Notes: a model not told the origin generated them from the letters alone. A stretch of DNA of 64,000 bases from the human T2T-CHM13v2.0 reference genome, Homo sapiens (GCF_009914755.1 NC_060928.1); one strand, 5' to 3'; counted from the first letter of the stretch, positions 26,546 through 44,442 are shown. Made by a program: numbers and translations.

Positions 26546-28160
26546 GTTATGGTGTCACCAACGTCAAGAGACCATAAACGAAAATGAGTTCTACTAGACA
26601 CAATGAAATTCACCTGTCTACTCTTAGATTGTTCCAAACTATAACGGCCATTTGAATTGTTCCCAGGCTACAGATACATTTTTCAAGAAAGCCCAAGGAG
26701 ATCTAGCAATACCAGGGGCTCCAGAAGGACCTAGAATCCACAATCATGAAAATGACCCATCTAGTCCCACCAAAAGTCATAGCATCACAACTTATTTATA
26801 GCTAAGGCAATTCTAAGTTATAAATTAGCAACACCTGAATTAAATTACCATATTTCTATCTAATAAATCATACCAGGTTACTAAGATTAAAAATAAAACA
26901 TTCCCAACTACTTATTACCTGGAATCTGAATTGGGATAGAATAAAATTTAACAAGGGAAGTTCAGGATTTGAATAATTCAAAAAATTAAATTTGAAATAT
27001 CCCATGCCCTAGTTTCACTTATAAAGACAGGATTATTAAAACAACCATTTATTACTTCAAATGGCCTCTCTTCTTATAATCTTACATAAATTTAAAAACT
27101 CTCAATTTCCAACAGATCTTAAATCCATAAAAAGTGGTCCAAAGCCTTAGTTAAAGGAAAATATTAAAAAGGTATGTAATGTATTGATTCCTGTTTTATA
27201 CTTAATCAAAGACTGATTATGATATTTAACACTTAGTTGTCATCTATTTCTGACTCTAAATAAGGTGATAAACACTTAGATAAGGGCATAAAGACAATTT
27301 AAAGGAAAAAGATACTATATAGTACATCTGTAAGTCAAAAGGATTCCTTTTTAAATGTCTACCCAAATCAAGTAATTTTAACTGTCCCACTCCCAAATCC
27401 AAAAGTGCATCTTCCCTTTCAGATTGGCCAAATGTAGAAGGACTGCTTTGGTTTCTCAAATTATTACCAGGATAAATCACTAGTGAGTTTCTTTACCTTT
27501 TTACTTTGCACAATTTTTTCTAACTACTTTTTGACAGTTTTAGTTTGAATAAAATGCTTAGACAACCACAAGAATCTTTAAAAACACAACTTTATAGATG
27601 AATGTTTTATATTAATATAGTAATGAACTTGAAAGGCTCAATGATCTGAATGGTACCAACACAAAAGGCCACAATGAAAATGCAGAGGTATCTTCTACGT
27701 CACCATCTTCAAAATGCTGTGGATATGAATAGCCATCCTCGCACATTATTCCACCACAGATGCACACACATGCACATGCATACACACACGCACCCCTATT
27801 TTTAAAAATAACCTATTATGGATTTACTGTCTAACTGCTATGACCCACATCATTCCTGACCTACTTTAAGTATGAATCACATTTTGAGGGATAAGCACTA
27901 GGTCAATACTTTATTGTATAAAGTATGTAAGCTATCTTTAAAATTGCTTTCTTAAAAAAAATCTTCCAAGGGTCATTTCAGGTCCTAATATCACCAAATT
28001 TATAAAATGAGATGCATCTACCCTAACTATATGTCTTACGTGTTTATTTAAAAAGATACAACAGAGAAGACCTGAAATAATTTGACCAAACAAGAAAAAA
28101 GAAAATCCAAGAGAAACAATGCCCAAGGAATACAATTTAAAAGGTTCTACTAAAGCTTAC

Positions 28161-28230
28161 CTCTTTAGGGCACTGATTTTTGCAACAACTGAGGAGGTTC
28201 TTTTCATTTACATCAGCTGTGGTTATTTTT
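28161..28230 (-). CDS. NFXL1: NFXL1 exon 19
   Basis: TAG|A...GAG|GTAAG; (R)[23 protein letters not shown], 70 nt, phase fits neighbours. Confidence 0.93.
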
Positions 28231-28714
28231 CTAAAAATAAGAAAGTTGATGACATTCAAACAAAAATCCATTTTATAGCATAATTTTTCTAAAAATAACT
28301 CATAATTTCAAACATATCCATAAAATTATCTTTTTTCCTCAAGAAATACTTTAATTATTTCTCTATCTGTAACAATTATCTTCAAATTACTCAACTGTTC
28401 TGATAACTCAAACCATCCAGCCCTTTACTACTAACAAGTCAAATGCCAAAAGTGTAATCGCTGCAAGAAGTACAAAACACACACAAAATATCATCTGGGC
28501 CTGGCCTCTCTTTAATAGTTCCTGTAACTATCTTTCCCTATAGATTTATCATTATAACTCATAATTACAATTGTTAATGCCCCTACATAAAAAAATTTAA
28601 AACTAATTATTTAATATGTTCAAATTGAGGAATTTAGGCTATTTGGTGAGAAATAAAATTAACTTATTTAAAAAGCTTGGGTAAGCTATTAATATTAGAA
28701 ATTAATTCACTTTA

Positions 28715-29013
28715 GGCCAGGTACAGTCGCTCTAACCTGTAATCCCAGCACTTTGGGAGACTAAGGCAGGTGGATCACTTGAGGCTGGGAGTTCGAGACC
28801 AGCCTAGCCAACATGGTGAAAGCCCATTTCCACTAAAAATACAAAAATTAGCCAGGTGTGATGGTGCATGCCTGTAATCCTGGCTACTCAGGAGACTGAG
28901 GCATAAGAATCGCTCGAACTCAGGAGGCGGAGGTTGCAGTGAGTCAAGATCATGACACTGCACTCCAGTCTGGGTGACTGAGCAAGACTCTGTCTCAAAA
29001 AAAATAAAATAAA
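28715..29013 (+). mobile_element. AluS element
   Basis: Alu consensus; TSD taattcacttta. Confidence 0.95.
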
Positions 29014-29597
29014 ATAGTAATTCACTTTAGATCTGATCATTTTTGAACAGTCTGCACTTTAAAATGCTTTTATATCTCAGTGAGTAATTCAGAAAAAAGT
29101 CACAAACACCAAGGAATAAACCTACTTTCCAACAGACACTGCCTAAGTCAGTAACTAGTGACAATCTAAAACTCCCTATCACTTGCATCTCACTTTTCTG
29201 TTTCCCATACCTTTTTTCTCCTTTCCTTTTTTCTGTATTTTCTTACTTTTCCTATTCTTGCTTTCACCAGACATAACTGCCAAAATATACCGTAAGTTCA
29301 GTCTCCTTAATGTTAATTAAAACTATTATCTAAATATTCATACTAAATTAGCTATAAATATACTCTAAGATATTTCTTGGCAAAGTTCCCCTTAATACCA
29401 CAAAGTTTTTATGCTGGCTCTATTAAACACTTGCATTTTTAAGATTCTTACAAGTATAATGTTCACCTCTGAACTTAAAGAGTTAATATTATTTTATTCC
29501 TGTTACTCTATACTTAGGAATAAATTAACTTTTCAAGTTCTATATCTTTTACATCCAAATTCTACAGAAGAAATTAACATGAAGCAGAAAAAGACTA

Positions 29598-30520
29598 TGG
29601 TATAATAATATATACATATTGGTTTTCGTCCACGGTTCTTGGCTCATCACTCCCACAGCCCCTGTTATTTTTCCCCAAGGCATGCCATTAAAACTAAAAA
29701 TATAACCTTCCTCCGCCTTTCTGTCTTGAGCAGGCCGTAAAGAAATTCTCTGACCTACCTTGTCTGATTGTAGGTCATAAGACCCCATTTCAGAAGGGGT
29801 CCTGTCCCATACTCTGGAAGAAGGAATGCTGTACACACAGGCCAAAAAGAACTGAAACAGGCCTTGTTGGGTTTCCCTACTCGGTCTATAATTACTAGAT
29901 CACACCCTCTGTCCAGTCACACTTCTACATGAGTGTCCATACTTCAATCATGCCTATCCAATGAATTCTCCATAAAGGCCCAAGAAGATAGGGTACGAAA
30001 AGCTTATGAATAGCTGAACACAGAGGTTCCTGGAGGGTGGTATGCAAATGGTGGGGCAGGGGTAGGAATGGAATCACCATACCCCTTCTTTCATACCTCA
30101 CTCTATGTATCTCTTCATCTGTATACTTTGCAATATCCTTTATAATAAACCAGTAAACATAAGTTAAGTTTTTCTCTGAGATTTATGAGGCACTCTAGCA
30201 AATTAATCAAACCCAAAGAGGGGGCTGTGTGAACCTAAACTTGAAGCCGGTCAGTCAGAAATTCCAGAGGCCTGAACTTCAGACCAGTGTCTGAAGGGAA
30301 GGCAGTCTTGTGGGACTAAGCCCTCAACCTACAGGATCTGACACTTTCTCCAGGTAGTCTCAGAAATGAATTAGAGGACACCCAGCTGGTGCCTGCTACA
30401 GAAGTGATTGTTTTCTTCTTGGTTGAAAGAAACTCCCACACATTTGGTCACAAAAGTCTTTTGTGTTGATTGTTGTGTTTTAAGAGCAGAGGAAAAACAG
30501 TTTGTGTTTTTTTCCACACA
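29598..30520 (+). mobile_element. MER21-family solo LTR
   Basis: Recalled MER21 features: aaattctctgacctaccttgtctg, aataaaccagtaaac, terminal ...ttttttccacaca. Confidence 0.75.
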
Positions 30521-31020
30521 GGACTAAAAGGAAAAGATGACTTAAATAATTCACTGAATTGAAAGCAAACGAAATTATTAGAACTGAAGCGATAGAATTC
30601 TATATTAAAACATATACTTTAATATGTATTTAAGAAAAAAAATCTGTAGTGCTGAGGTAATGGAAGCCACCTTAATCCAAATATATCCACATGTCCCCCT
30701 CAAAAAACATATAGCTCATTAATAACAAAATCACTGAATCCCACGACCACAGCACAACTAGAAGACACAAATTTCTACAAACTTCAAATTACCTATAACT
30801 AGGAAAAAAAAAAAAACTCCTGAGAGAGCTATTTTTCAAGCTCCCAATGCAAGTATTTTCATAGAGCTAGTGGAGTTCTGAAGAAAACTAAATGAAAAAC
30901 AGAAGAGGAGGCTGAGCTAAAATCACAACAGAAAAAGGTCCCCCTAAATATGAAAATACTGAAAATACCCTGGTAGACCACAGCACTAACTAAAGGGAAT
31001 GGATTTTAACAAGTACACCA

Positions 31021-31482
<462 letters not shown>

Positions 31483-31932
31483 TCAAGTAGCCAATCTTGG
31501 AAAGGCAACACTCTGGGAAGAAGGTAAAAAGGGAAAGGCAGACTTTAGGCAGACTTCTTTAGACCCAGCAAAAGAAGGGAAATTTAGGATTTTGCAAGAC
31601 CAAAGAAAACAAAAGTAAAATAAGGACACATAACTCCTCTCCTCTTCTCAGTACCACCCTCAAACGCCAACCATTTAAAAAATTGTATTTTCCCACACTG
31701 GCAAGAGAGTGGTCATCAACTAGAAATCTTATACTAAGCTCTGTCCAAAAACATAAAGATATGTAATTTACAACTATAAAAAACTACTATAGAAAATAAA
31801 CAGAAAATGACATCCAAAGCCTTTTTGCTGATGAAAATCCCCTCCTGTATCTCCCACCCAAAAAAAGAAGTACAAAGAAGAAGAAAACTGGAACATAATA
31901 TTCCAAACTGAATTAACTATATGAAACACTGC

Positions 31933-32477
31933 TTATACAGAAGTGTTAACCTAGCAGACCTGACCACTATCTTTTGAAAGGCCTCCTTGTAAGACTAGCC
32001 CTTGGCTGGTGCTTGGGAATCTGGATTTCAGGAAGGTTCCCACCATTCCCAGAACTGGTAAGAACAGCTGACTATGTCTAAACTGTATAAATCAAATGGT
32101 TTATGCTGAACAGTTGCTTTCCCTCTTGAGAGCCCTGAACTCTGGTATGTACCAGGTGAGGCTGCCTATGTAGCCTTCCCCCAATAAAAACTCTAGGTGC
32201 TCTAATGAACTTCTCTGGTTGGAAACATTTTACAAGTGTTGTCACAACTCAGTGCTGGGAGAATTAAGTACAAACTATGTGGCTCCACTGGGAGCAGACT
32301 CTGGGCGCTTGTGACTGGTTTGCCCTACACTTCACCTCATGTGCCTTTTCCCTTTGCTGACTGTGCCTCCTACCCTTTTGCTGTAATAACTCATAGCAGT
32401 AGGTATAACTATATGCTGAGTCCTGTGAGTCCTGGCAAATTACCCAATATGAGCATGGTATAGGGCTCTTCAATACA
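31933..32477 (+). mobile_element. MER68-like ERVL solo LTR
   Basis: gttaacctagcagacctga...cccttggctgg...ttcccaccattcccagaact resembles recalled MER68. Confidence 0.7.
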
Positions 32478-33345
32478 CTACCACCTTAAGTCAGAAAAGC
32501 AAAACCTAAGAACATAATGGAGAAGAAATGAACAAAGGTTGATTGAATTCAGGAAAAAAAAAATTAAGATAAAATTACATCAGAAATAAAAACTAAATTA
32601 CAAGGTGCTCATGAAAGAACATATTTACAGAAGAACATACTTGAATCAAAATTTAATAAGGCTCCCTGAAACGAGGCAGCAAAACATCCTAGATGATAAA
32701 AATGAGATATAGAAAAAAGTATCAAAGAAGTAATTGAGTGAAATGGGAGACAGAAAAAGAAAACCCAACATATATACAATTGATATCACTAAAAAACAAA
32801 ATAAATGAAACAGATCTGGTATTTAAAACTATAATCCAGGAAAATAAAAATATTGAACTTATATGTTGAAAGGGCTAATCAGGTACCTGAAAAAATTTAT
32901 CAAAAATTATTAACCCTGAGTCGTACCTTAATAAAAACATTAGATTTTAAAGATGGAGGAGGAGGAGGAGGGAAGTGAAGGAGAAAGAAACAACTTTAGG
33001 GGTCCCAGGTAAAAAAGATCAATTAACTCATAAGGAGAAGAGACTGGCATCAAATTTCTCAAAAGTAAAATATAAACGAAAGCAGCATAGAGCCACATTT
33101 CCAAGAAACTCTAGGAAAGAACGCATCAATAAAAGACTTTTTATACAACTGTAAATGCTATAGCAAAACATTCTTAAAACATGCAAGGGAATGTTTAAGA
33201 ATTAAGCATTCAGGGAATACTATACTCACAAGCTCTCTTGGAGAAACTACTAGAGGATGCACTGCATTCAACCAAGAGAAGATTGGGAAATTTCAGCAAA
33301 AAGACTGATGGTTGAAATTCAAAATTGAAAATCTAAGAAAAAAAG

Positions 33346-33664
33346 GGCTGGGCGCAGTGGCTCACGCCTGTAATCTCAGCACTTTGGGAGGCCGAGGCGG
33401 GTGGATCACGAGGTCAGGAGATAGAGACCATCCTGGCTAACACGGTGAAACCCTATCTCTACTAAAAATACAAAAACAAAATTAGCCAGGCGTGGCGGCG
33501 GGCACCTGTAGTCCCAGCTACGCGGGAGGCTTAGGCAGGAAAATGGCGTGAACTCGGGAAGCGGAGCTTGCAGTGAGCCAAGATCGCACCATTGCACTCC
33601 AGCCTGGGTGACAGAGCGAGACTCCGTCTCAAAAAAAAAAAAAATAGAAAAGAAAAAGAAAAGA
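33346..33664 (+). mobile_element. AluY
   Basis: accatcctggctaacacggtgaaaccc, atggcgtgaac, gagcttgcagtgag. Confidence 0.95.
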
Positions 33665-34255
33665 AGGTTGGAATGGGGGTAGAATAATATATAAATGTCA
33701 TATGTTCTGAAAAAGAATAAAACATGCAACTAAACAATGAGAAGAGAAGGAGAGAAAAAAAGGCAAACAAAATAAACTCACTGATTGTCATACAGTCTTA
33801 AATGAGAACCAGGTGATAAAATTAAAAGCTGACAAACCAGTTAGTAAAAGATGAAAGAAACAAGGGTCTAAAGACATTAAAAACGTACAAAAAAAAAAAG
33901 TAATCAACCACTAAACGAAAACAAACCTTAATAGGAGAAAACTGTAAGAGCAAAGAAAACGTATCACATAAAGAAAAAGTGACATAATACAAACAGTAAT
34001 CATAAAGTAATAATTCAGAGCTAAACCAAAGATATTAGTGATATTAAAAATTGTTAAAGGACTTACTTAACTTGCCTACTAAAATGAAAAAGGGGATGCA
34101 TAAGAATTCAAGCCAAAAGTATTAAATGTAACAAAGGATACCTTTCAATGCTAAAAGCCGTAATTATTAAAAATTCTGTATGACATATAACAGCTTAATC
34201 ATCTTTATAAGCAAAAACTACAGCAGCTGCAAAGAGATACAGAAACACACTAACA

Positions 34256-34618
<363 letters not shown>

Positions 34619-36422
34619 CTACTGTATTAAAACATGATCCACACACACAACCCAAATCTTATATCCTGATTTTACGATATTACATCTTCTCAAGCACATG
34701 GAACATTCACAAAAATTGATCACCTTATTTTACAAAGGAAGCACTGTTAAGTTCCATAAATTAGAAAAATATTACAAACACATGCTCTGATCACAATGCA
34801 ATAAAACTAGATCTTCTATTTTAAAAATCTTGACTATAGGAGGAAGTATAATGTAAAGACATAGAAACTCTCAAATACAAAGAAAGTAGTATATACATGA
34901 ATATATGGAATATACCTAAAGCAATAAATAATCCATAAGCTTTAAGCACATCTATGATAAAAATGAAAGCATGAAAATAAATGAATTAAATTCTCAATTC
35001 TTCTTAAAGAAATTTAGAAATTTCTTTTTAAAGGAAATAATAAAATAAGAGCAGAAAAAATGTGGTAAACCATAAAAGAACAGTCAATCCAGTTAATCAA
35101 AATCCTAAGTTTTTTAAAATAAAAAAATTTACTACCTAACACTCAAGAAAGAAGGAGAAAGCAAAAATATTCAAAATAAGAATGACAAGGGGAAATCATA
35201 AAACAACAACAAAATTTTAATCACGGTAAGCAACTACTTTACAAACTTTTAAATACAAATAAATTTGAAAAATCTAGATGAAATAGATAATTTCTAAGGA
35301 AAATAATAGTTTTCCAAAAATGACCCCATAAGAGAGAGAAATTTTCATTAGAAAAAATAGAGAAAGTTATCAAAAACAACACACACACATCAGGCCCAGA
35401 TGGTTTCATAGAGGAATTCCATAAAACCCTCAATGACCAGTTAATCCCAATGATACTACATATTCTAAAGCATAGAAAACCAAGGAAATAGCCAAGTTTA
35501 TTTTATAAAACAAACGTAACGTTGATACCCAAATCTGACAAAGACAATACAAAATTTAAAAATTATAGACTAATACAATTAATGAACATTTTTAAAATCC
35601 TAAACATTAGCAAATCCAAATCAACAGATCTAATGATTATCTCCACAGATGCTAAAATATCATTTGGCAAATTCAGCATCCAATCTTATTTAAATATACA
35701 CACACACTCAAGAAAACAGAAATTGTTGGATACTCCAACATGGTGACAAAGCCAACATCTTACATAATGTAGAAATACAGGAAGTAATTCCTCTAAAGAA
35801 AGAAACAAGGCAGGGCCAATACTATTTAACACTGGACTGGAGATGTTAACCAATGATAGGAGATGACAGAAATCCATTATGAGGCAAAAGTATTGTAAAG
35901 AAAGAGACCAAAACCCCAAGGAAAAAAAAAATATGCGAAGGACGTCAACAGCCAATTCACTAAAATAAATTTTAAAATGGTCCTCATTAAAACAGAGAGC
36001 CTAGAAGCAATGAAACACAAGGAGCAAAAAGCACACCAAGTGGCTTTTAAATATCACTGCCCATTAAAAAGGCCCTTAGAGAAATGTCTAAGTCCTGGGC
36101 TAGGATATGTAAAGTACAAGATGAGCCTGGGCCATTTTTATTAGCCAGAAAAAAAAAGAAAATACTAAAACAAAGATGGAAACACATCAAAGGGACATGA
36201 GAACCAGTTTTAAAGACACTCCCATGGGCCTTTGATGTTCAATAAATTAAACATCAAAATGATGGCGAAGGACCAAATAAAGAATCCACTGGTTCATGCC
36301 AGTATTAACATACGAGGTTGGGAGAGCTCTTACAGTAAAATGTCAATTAATAAATGTAGAAGATGGAGTTAGAAAATTCCCACTTGGCAAGTTTTTATTT
36401 GTTTTGTAAAATACACTTGGTT

Positions 36423-36700
36423 CTTTGGGAGGCCAAGGCGGGCAGATCACGAGGTCAGGAGATCAAGACCATCCTGGCTAACATGGTGAAACCCTGTCTC
36501 TACTAAAAAAAATACAAAAAATTAGCTGGGCGTGGTGGCAGGCGCCTGTAGTCCCAGCTACGCGGGAGGCTGAGGCAGGAGAATGGCGTGAACCTGGGAG
36601 GCGGAGCTTGCAGTGAGCAGATTATGCCACTGCACTCCAGCCTGGGTGACAGAGCGAGACTCCGTCTCAAAAAAAAAAAAAAACAAAAACAAAACAAAAA
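36423..36700 (+). mobile_element. 5'-truncated AluY
   Basis: Begins at ctttgggagg; TSD acacttggtt on both sides. Confidence 0.95.
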
Positions 36701-37500
36701 AACACTTGGTTATTTCCATGGGTTTCTATGCTCTAGAATACTTTATGTAGTATCACTGGGATTAAATGGTCAAGGGTTTCATTAATGAAGCATCTGGGCA
36801 CACATGCACGTGTGTTGTTCTTGAGAGCTTTTTCTATTTTCTCAAATGTTATCGTAGTAACAACTCATTTACAACAGAATCATCAATGGATGCTAAAATT
36901 CGTGGGTGAAAGTTTGATGAGGAACAAGCTATATAAATAAACAGAATGCAGGTGTGACACTGCCCAAGTTCATTACTATCCATTAATAATGTAAAATTGC
37001 CCTCTAAATTCCCCCTACAAAACTTCTAAGACTAAAAATTATAATACTTTATTTTTGAGATTTCAACAAAATAACTTTAATATAAGAAAAGAATAAAATT
37101 TGTCTTCTATAATTTAACAAAGCATGAGTCTAGAGTTTAGGGAACAAAAATGTTAGCTAATATGAACAGGAATTTTTCAAAATGTAATTATGCTAAAAAA
37201 TATGAAATAAAGTAATATTCCCAAATGAAACTTGAGTAAAATATATTTACAAAAAGCTCACTTTACGGACTGGAGTGAAACAGCCAGGAGAGTTAAGTGG
37301 TAAATTATGTTATATCATTATTAAATAAAAGGGAAATTTTTTTCTTCTATCTAAATAATCCATAAGCAAAAACTGGCATTTTTTTAAATGAAGAAAACAT
37401 ACTGGTTTGGTCATATCCTAGTGTGATAGGTGCTATAACAGCAACGCTTGTAATAAAGGCCTACCTTTTAAATCTATAACTTAAAAATTATGCTTAAGTA

Positions 37501-40104
<2,604 letters not shown>

Positions 40105-40447
40105 TATGTACAAGTCAAATTTTGATTGAAAAAAATTCTAATTTGACATAGTCAAACTATCAGGTATAGGAGTATTTAAATTTTTTTTAAAAGCAGTGAA
40201 ACCATTTTTTTCATAACAAAATCTTATACAGAATCCCGAAATGGAAAAAAAGCACAATTTCCCTGTTTGAATTCAGGATGAAGTACCCAGAAAGTGTAGT
40301 ATTCTACATGTCTTCCTTCCAGGTCTCTACTGGAAAATCTAGGCATCTAGAGTTTAAGCAAAGTACACTATAAAGGGTTCTTAATTATAAAAAGATACCA
40401 ATTCAACTAATTGTAATAAAATAAGACTTTTTTTTCAGTCTACTTAC

Positions 40448-40614
40448 CTACATTCCACATACAGGCTTGTGATCTTACAGTGACATTTTATTCTAAGCAT
40501 CTGAACACAAGGTGGACATTCTCCAGGGTGACATCGCAAAATACATGGGTGAAGACAACCTAGTGGCCGTGACTTGGAGCACCCTTCCTCACAATGAAGG
40601 CATTCTGGGCCAGC
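40448..40614 (-). CDS. NFXL1: NFXL1 exon 18, NF-X1 zinc finger
   Basis: CAG|GCT...TAG|GTAAGT; [55 protein letters not shown], 167 nt. Confidence 0.96.
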
Positions 40615-41499
40615 CTGAAAAACAGCATGGAAATAAATCACCTAAGTACAAGGTAAGCCTAACATTTCCATATGTTACAGTTATAAAATTTATATATCCC
40701 ATTAAAATAAAGTACTTCTGCAGTTCTTAGAAACAGAGTTAATCAAACGGTACATGCTCTCATTTATCTTAAAAATATTCAAACTAAAGAACAGCAAGAT
40801 TGTCAATATGACTATTATTCATATAGATTTTTTTGCCTATGAGCCTCATTAAGTCAAACTGCCTCATTTTTAAAGGAACCTTAAAATGGACTATATAAAG
40901 TATCCCACTAAAAATGTAAATTACTTCCTAAAGAATCGTCAAAGACAGAAATAAAATATACAGAGTAAGAATGTTCATTCATTTCTATACGATAATCAAC
41001 ACTGAACTAAAGAAATCAATACACTGTTAACACATAAATAAAAATTCCAAAGCACTAAACAGTCTGGAGGTAATTATCTCATCTTGCCAAAGAGAAACAC
41101 ATATACAATGAAAAAAGAATGACCAGTAGTTTATATTTTAATGCACATCAATGAATTAAAGTTAAATTACATTTTACAAATAAATGTACCTCAACGTAAC
41201 TTAACAAGGCACCTCCCTTTTCTCTAGTGATTTAATAATGTTAACTAGCATTATAATCTACTAAAGAAGGTTAAAAATACTTATTTCAGGATATTGTTTT
41301 CTCACGTCATACTTGAGGTAAAATAAGAGAGCTATAGACATGGATACTAAATCTTAAAGGTCAAACATTTTTATTATCATTCCAAAGAGAAGCCATGATT
41401 ACAACAGTTATTATAAAATTCTAAGCTATTTTTTGACATATAGGATTAAAAAGAAACAGTGCTTCAAATTATAAAAATATTATTTTATAAATTATTTTT

Positions 41500-42300
41500 T
41501 AAAAACATGTGCCAGGCATTGTTCTTGGCACTGGGAAGACATGAGATAGGCTCCTGGAACTTACATTTATGTGAGGAGGTAAAGAACATGAATATAATGT
41601 CTTCGTAATTACTCTGAAGAAAGATAAAGCAGGATAAGAAAGAGTGATGGCAGCAACAAGAAGGAAGCCTGACTGATAAAGATCACATGTGAATAGAAAT
41701 TGAGTTAAATGAAGGAGAGAACAACCAGAAAGGAGAGCTCCAGAGGAAAGGAACAAGTACAAAGGGTCTAAGAAAAAACAAATGTGGAATGTTCAAGTAA
41801 CAGGATGAACAGAGGCAGAAGTGAGTAAGCAAGAGAGTGATGAGAAGTCAGATGAAAGTTGGGAAAGACAGTCAGGAGTTAGATCATTACTGAGCCTTTA
41901 CAGGCCATTGAAAAGGATTTAAATTTTGGTCTGAGAGTGACTGAAAACTACCAAAGGATATGGAGCAGAAAGATGATACTTGATTTAAATTTTTTAGAAG
42001 ATTAATCTGGCTGATGCAGTAAAACAAAGTGAGTAGAAATGTTGGTTAGGAAATTACTGCAGAAATCTAAGTCAAAGGTAATGGTGGCTTAGATGAGGGT
42101 GGTAGTGGTACAGGTTATGAGAAACTGTCAGATTCAGGATCTATTGATGACAAACCTAACAGGATTTTCTGTGGGAAAAGGACAACAAAGACAAGAAAGA
42201 AATCAAGCATGATTCCTATGTCTTTGATCTGCACAACTGGGTAAAAACGGTAAAATGACTTTCTGAGATGGGAAAGACTGAGCAAATAAATATTAGGCAG
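41500..42300 (-). mobile_element. L2 fragment
   Basis: tgtgccaggcattgttct...ggaacttacatt...gccttacaggccattg-like motifs. Confidence 0.65.
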
Positions 42301-43849
42301 TGAGTAACAAAATATGCAAAAAGAACCAAAGTTCACCTAAAGAGTTTATTTCATTTGCTCTTCCTATGTGGTACACCTACAAAAATCTTCTATTTAAATA
42401 ACATGAGTAGAAGAGCACATTGGGCTGGGAGTTAAAAGATCAGGCACAGTACTTTCTGATTTGCTACTCTCCTGTTGCAGAATCATGGACAAATCACAGA
42501 GCTTCAGTTTCCCTATCTGCAAAACAAAGAGTATACTTAGAATATGAGCTCCTTCCAGCTATGGCAGAAACAAAAAAAATCACTGAATCTACACTTACTA
42601 AATTATCTTCCTGGATCACTTCCAATATCAAGTTCTATCTTCTAGGAAAGACTATCTTAGTTAAGAAATACAGCAAGTCCATCTGTCAAATATCATACGC
42701 AGTTCTCATTTAAAAAGAAAAACAGAAGCTTTAACCCAGGAAGCAATTTGGGGATAATCCACAATAAATCTCTAATAGTCATATCAGCTTTGAAAATAAG
42801 CTTTTTCTGACTCACTCCGTATTCTGGAAATCTGGAAGAGGGAAGCCATACAGCAGCTACACCCTAACTAGTTAAAATGATTTTGTATCATTATTTGTTA
42901 GTTTGATTTTATAATTCTAGCATCTTTTTTGTTTTATCATGAGTACATTTTTGAGGGTCAAGGCATGGATCAATGAAGAAATTAAAAGCAATACATTTAC
43001 ACATGTTTGCACATGAAAAAGAAGAATACCTATGTTGTCATGTATTATAAATTAAAGACCAAAAAAATAACCTAACGACGCAACTAAAATTTTCAATAAC
43101 ATAAGTCATATTAATAATTTAAATAGTTGTAAATTTAATGTTAATAATAAAGTGACACTTAAAATTTTCTGGCCTATTTCTCATTTAGACACTAGTATTA
43201 CAACTCCCTACAGAACGGAAGTCTAGAAAAAAATTATTTTAAAACTAAAGTTTAACACTAGCTACATTTGTTTTTCCTTGTAAGATGACAATTTTCAGAG
43301 ATCTTTGAAAAGCTGAGTTCTCATACACTTGTAAAATGCTTTTAGTTAATTATACACACAGAAACACTGCTCATCTGTGATGCCATTTATTTTACTTTTA
43401 ACAAAAGATTGGGAATTTATTTAAATTTATTAAAATTATGAACATCATCCATCCTGTGTGTCAGGTTTGAAAACTAACTTAGAGTAAATGCTCTAAACTC
43501 AGATATGAACAGAGAGAAATGGAGGTGATACTCTTACTTACTATCTAAGAAGATACATAACCTATGTATTTTTATCATAAAACCATATCCTATGTATTAA
43601 CACAGGTACAGTATGTAAAGGGTTCCACATTAAAAGGCACATTATTATGAGCTGGAATAAAGACACAGAACTATACACACCAAGCTGTCTAAGGCCAGCT
43701 GTCTTAGGAAAGGAAAAGAAGGAGAAGGGATGAGGGCAAAAAAAGAGACAGGAAGCTAAAGCAAAACAGAAAAATATTTATGGTATAACTGTTGAAAAAA
43801 CATTTCAAGAATACTATGGGCAGATATACATTCAATCTAAGAACATTAC

Positions 43850-43990
43850 CTTGTTTTTTCCAGTGCAGCCATCAGTTTTGGTTACTTTGTGGCATTCTTT
43901 CATACATGTGTGATTCTGACAATCCAAGATTCTTCCACAAACTCTTTTACAAGAGTAGGGTCCTACAGCATGGCATGGTAGTGGACTCAC
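43850..43990 (-). CDS. NFXL1: NFXL1 exon 17, NF-X1 zinc finger
   Basis: AAG|GTG...AAG|GTAATG; [47 protein letters not shown], 141 nt. Confidence 0.94.
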
Positions 43991-44420
43991 CTTAAAAAAT
44001 AAAGGAAATCAGCACAGCACACATTACTCAAACGTTTCTGGACATATTATATGTTTCCAAAATTACTCTGCTATCATTTGAGAACAAGTTTCAGAAAGGT
44101 ATAAGTTTGCACGAATAATAATAATATCAAAATCAAAGTAACCTGTCAAAATATTTCAAAGTAATGAATGCCAAGAAGCAAAATGTTCTCCTCCTAAAAG
44201 GAAAATTCAATATGATTCTGTAGTGAATGCATATCCACAGGCTAATTCTCAAATAAAGGCACTACATATTTTTTAAATTAGTAGATAAACTCTTGTACTC
44301 TTTATAACAGTAAAATAACAATACTTTGACTTTGTTATTTCTAACAACTCTAGTAAAGTTATACTAGTATGTAACAGTATAGATTATAAGCTTTACTTAA
44401 AAATTGTGCCTGTAACTTAC

Positions 44421-44442
44421 CTCATGTTTCCCAAGACATTCC
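44421..44442 (-). CDS. NFXL1: NFXL1 exon 16, 22-nt microexon
   Basis: TAG|G...GAG|GTAAGT; (M)ECLGKHE; needed to reconcile the phase-2 end of exon 15 with the phase-0 start of exon 17. Confidence 0.92.
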
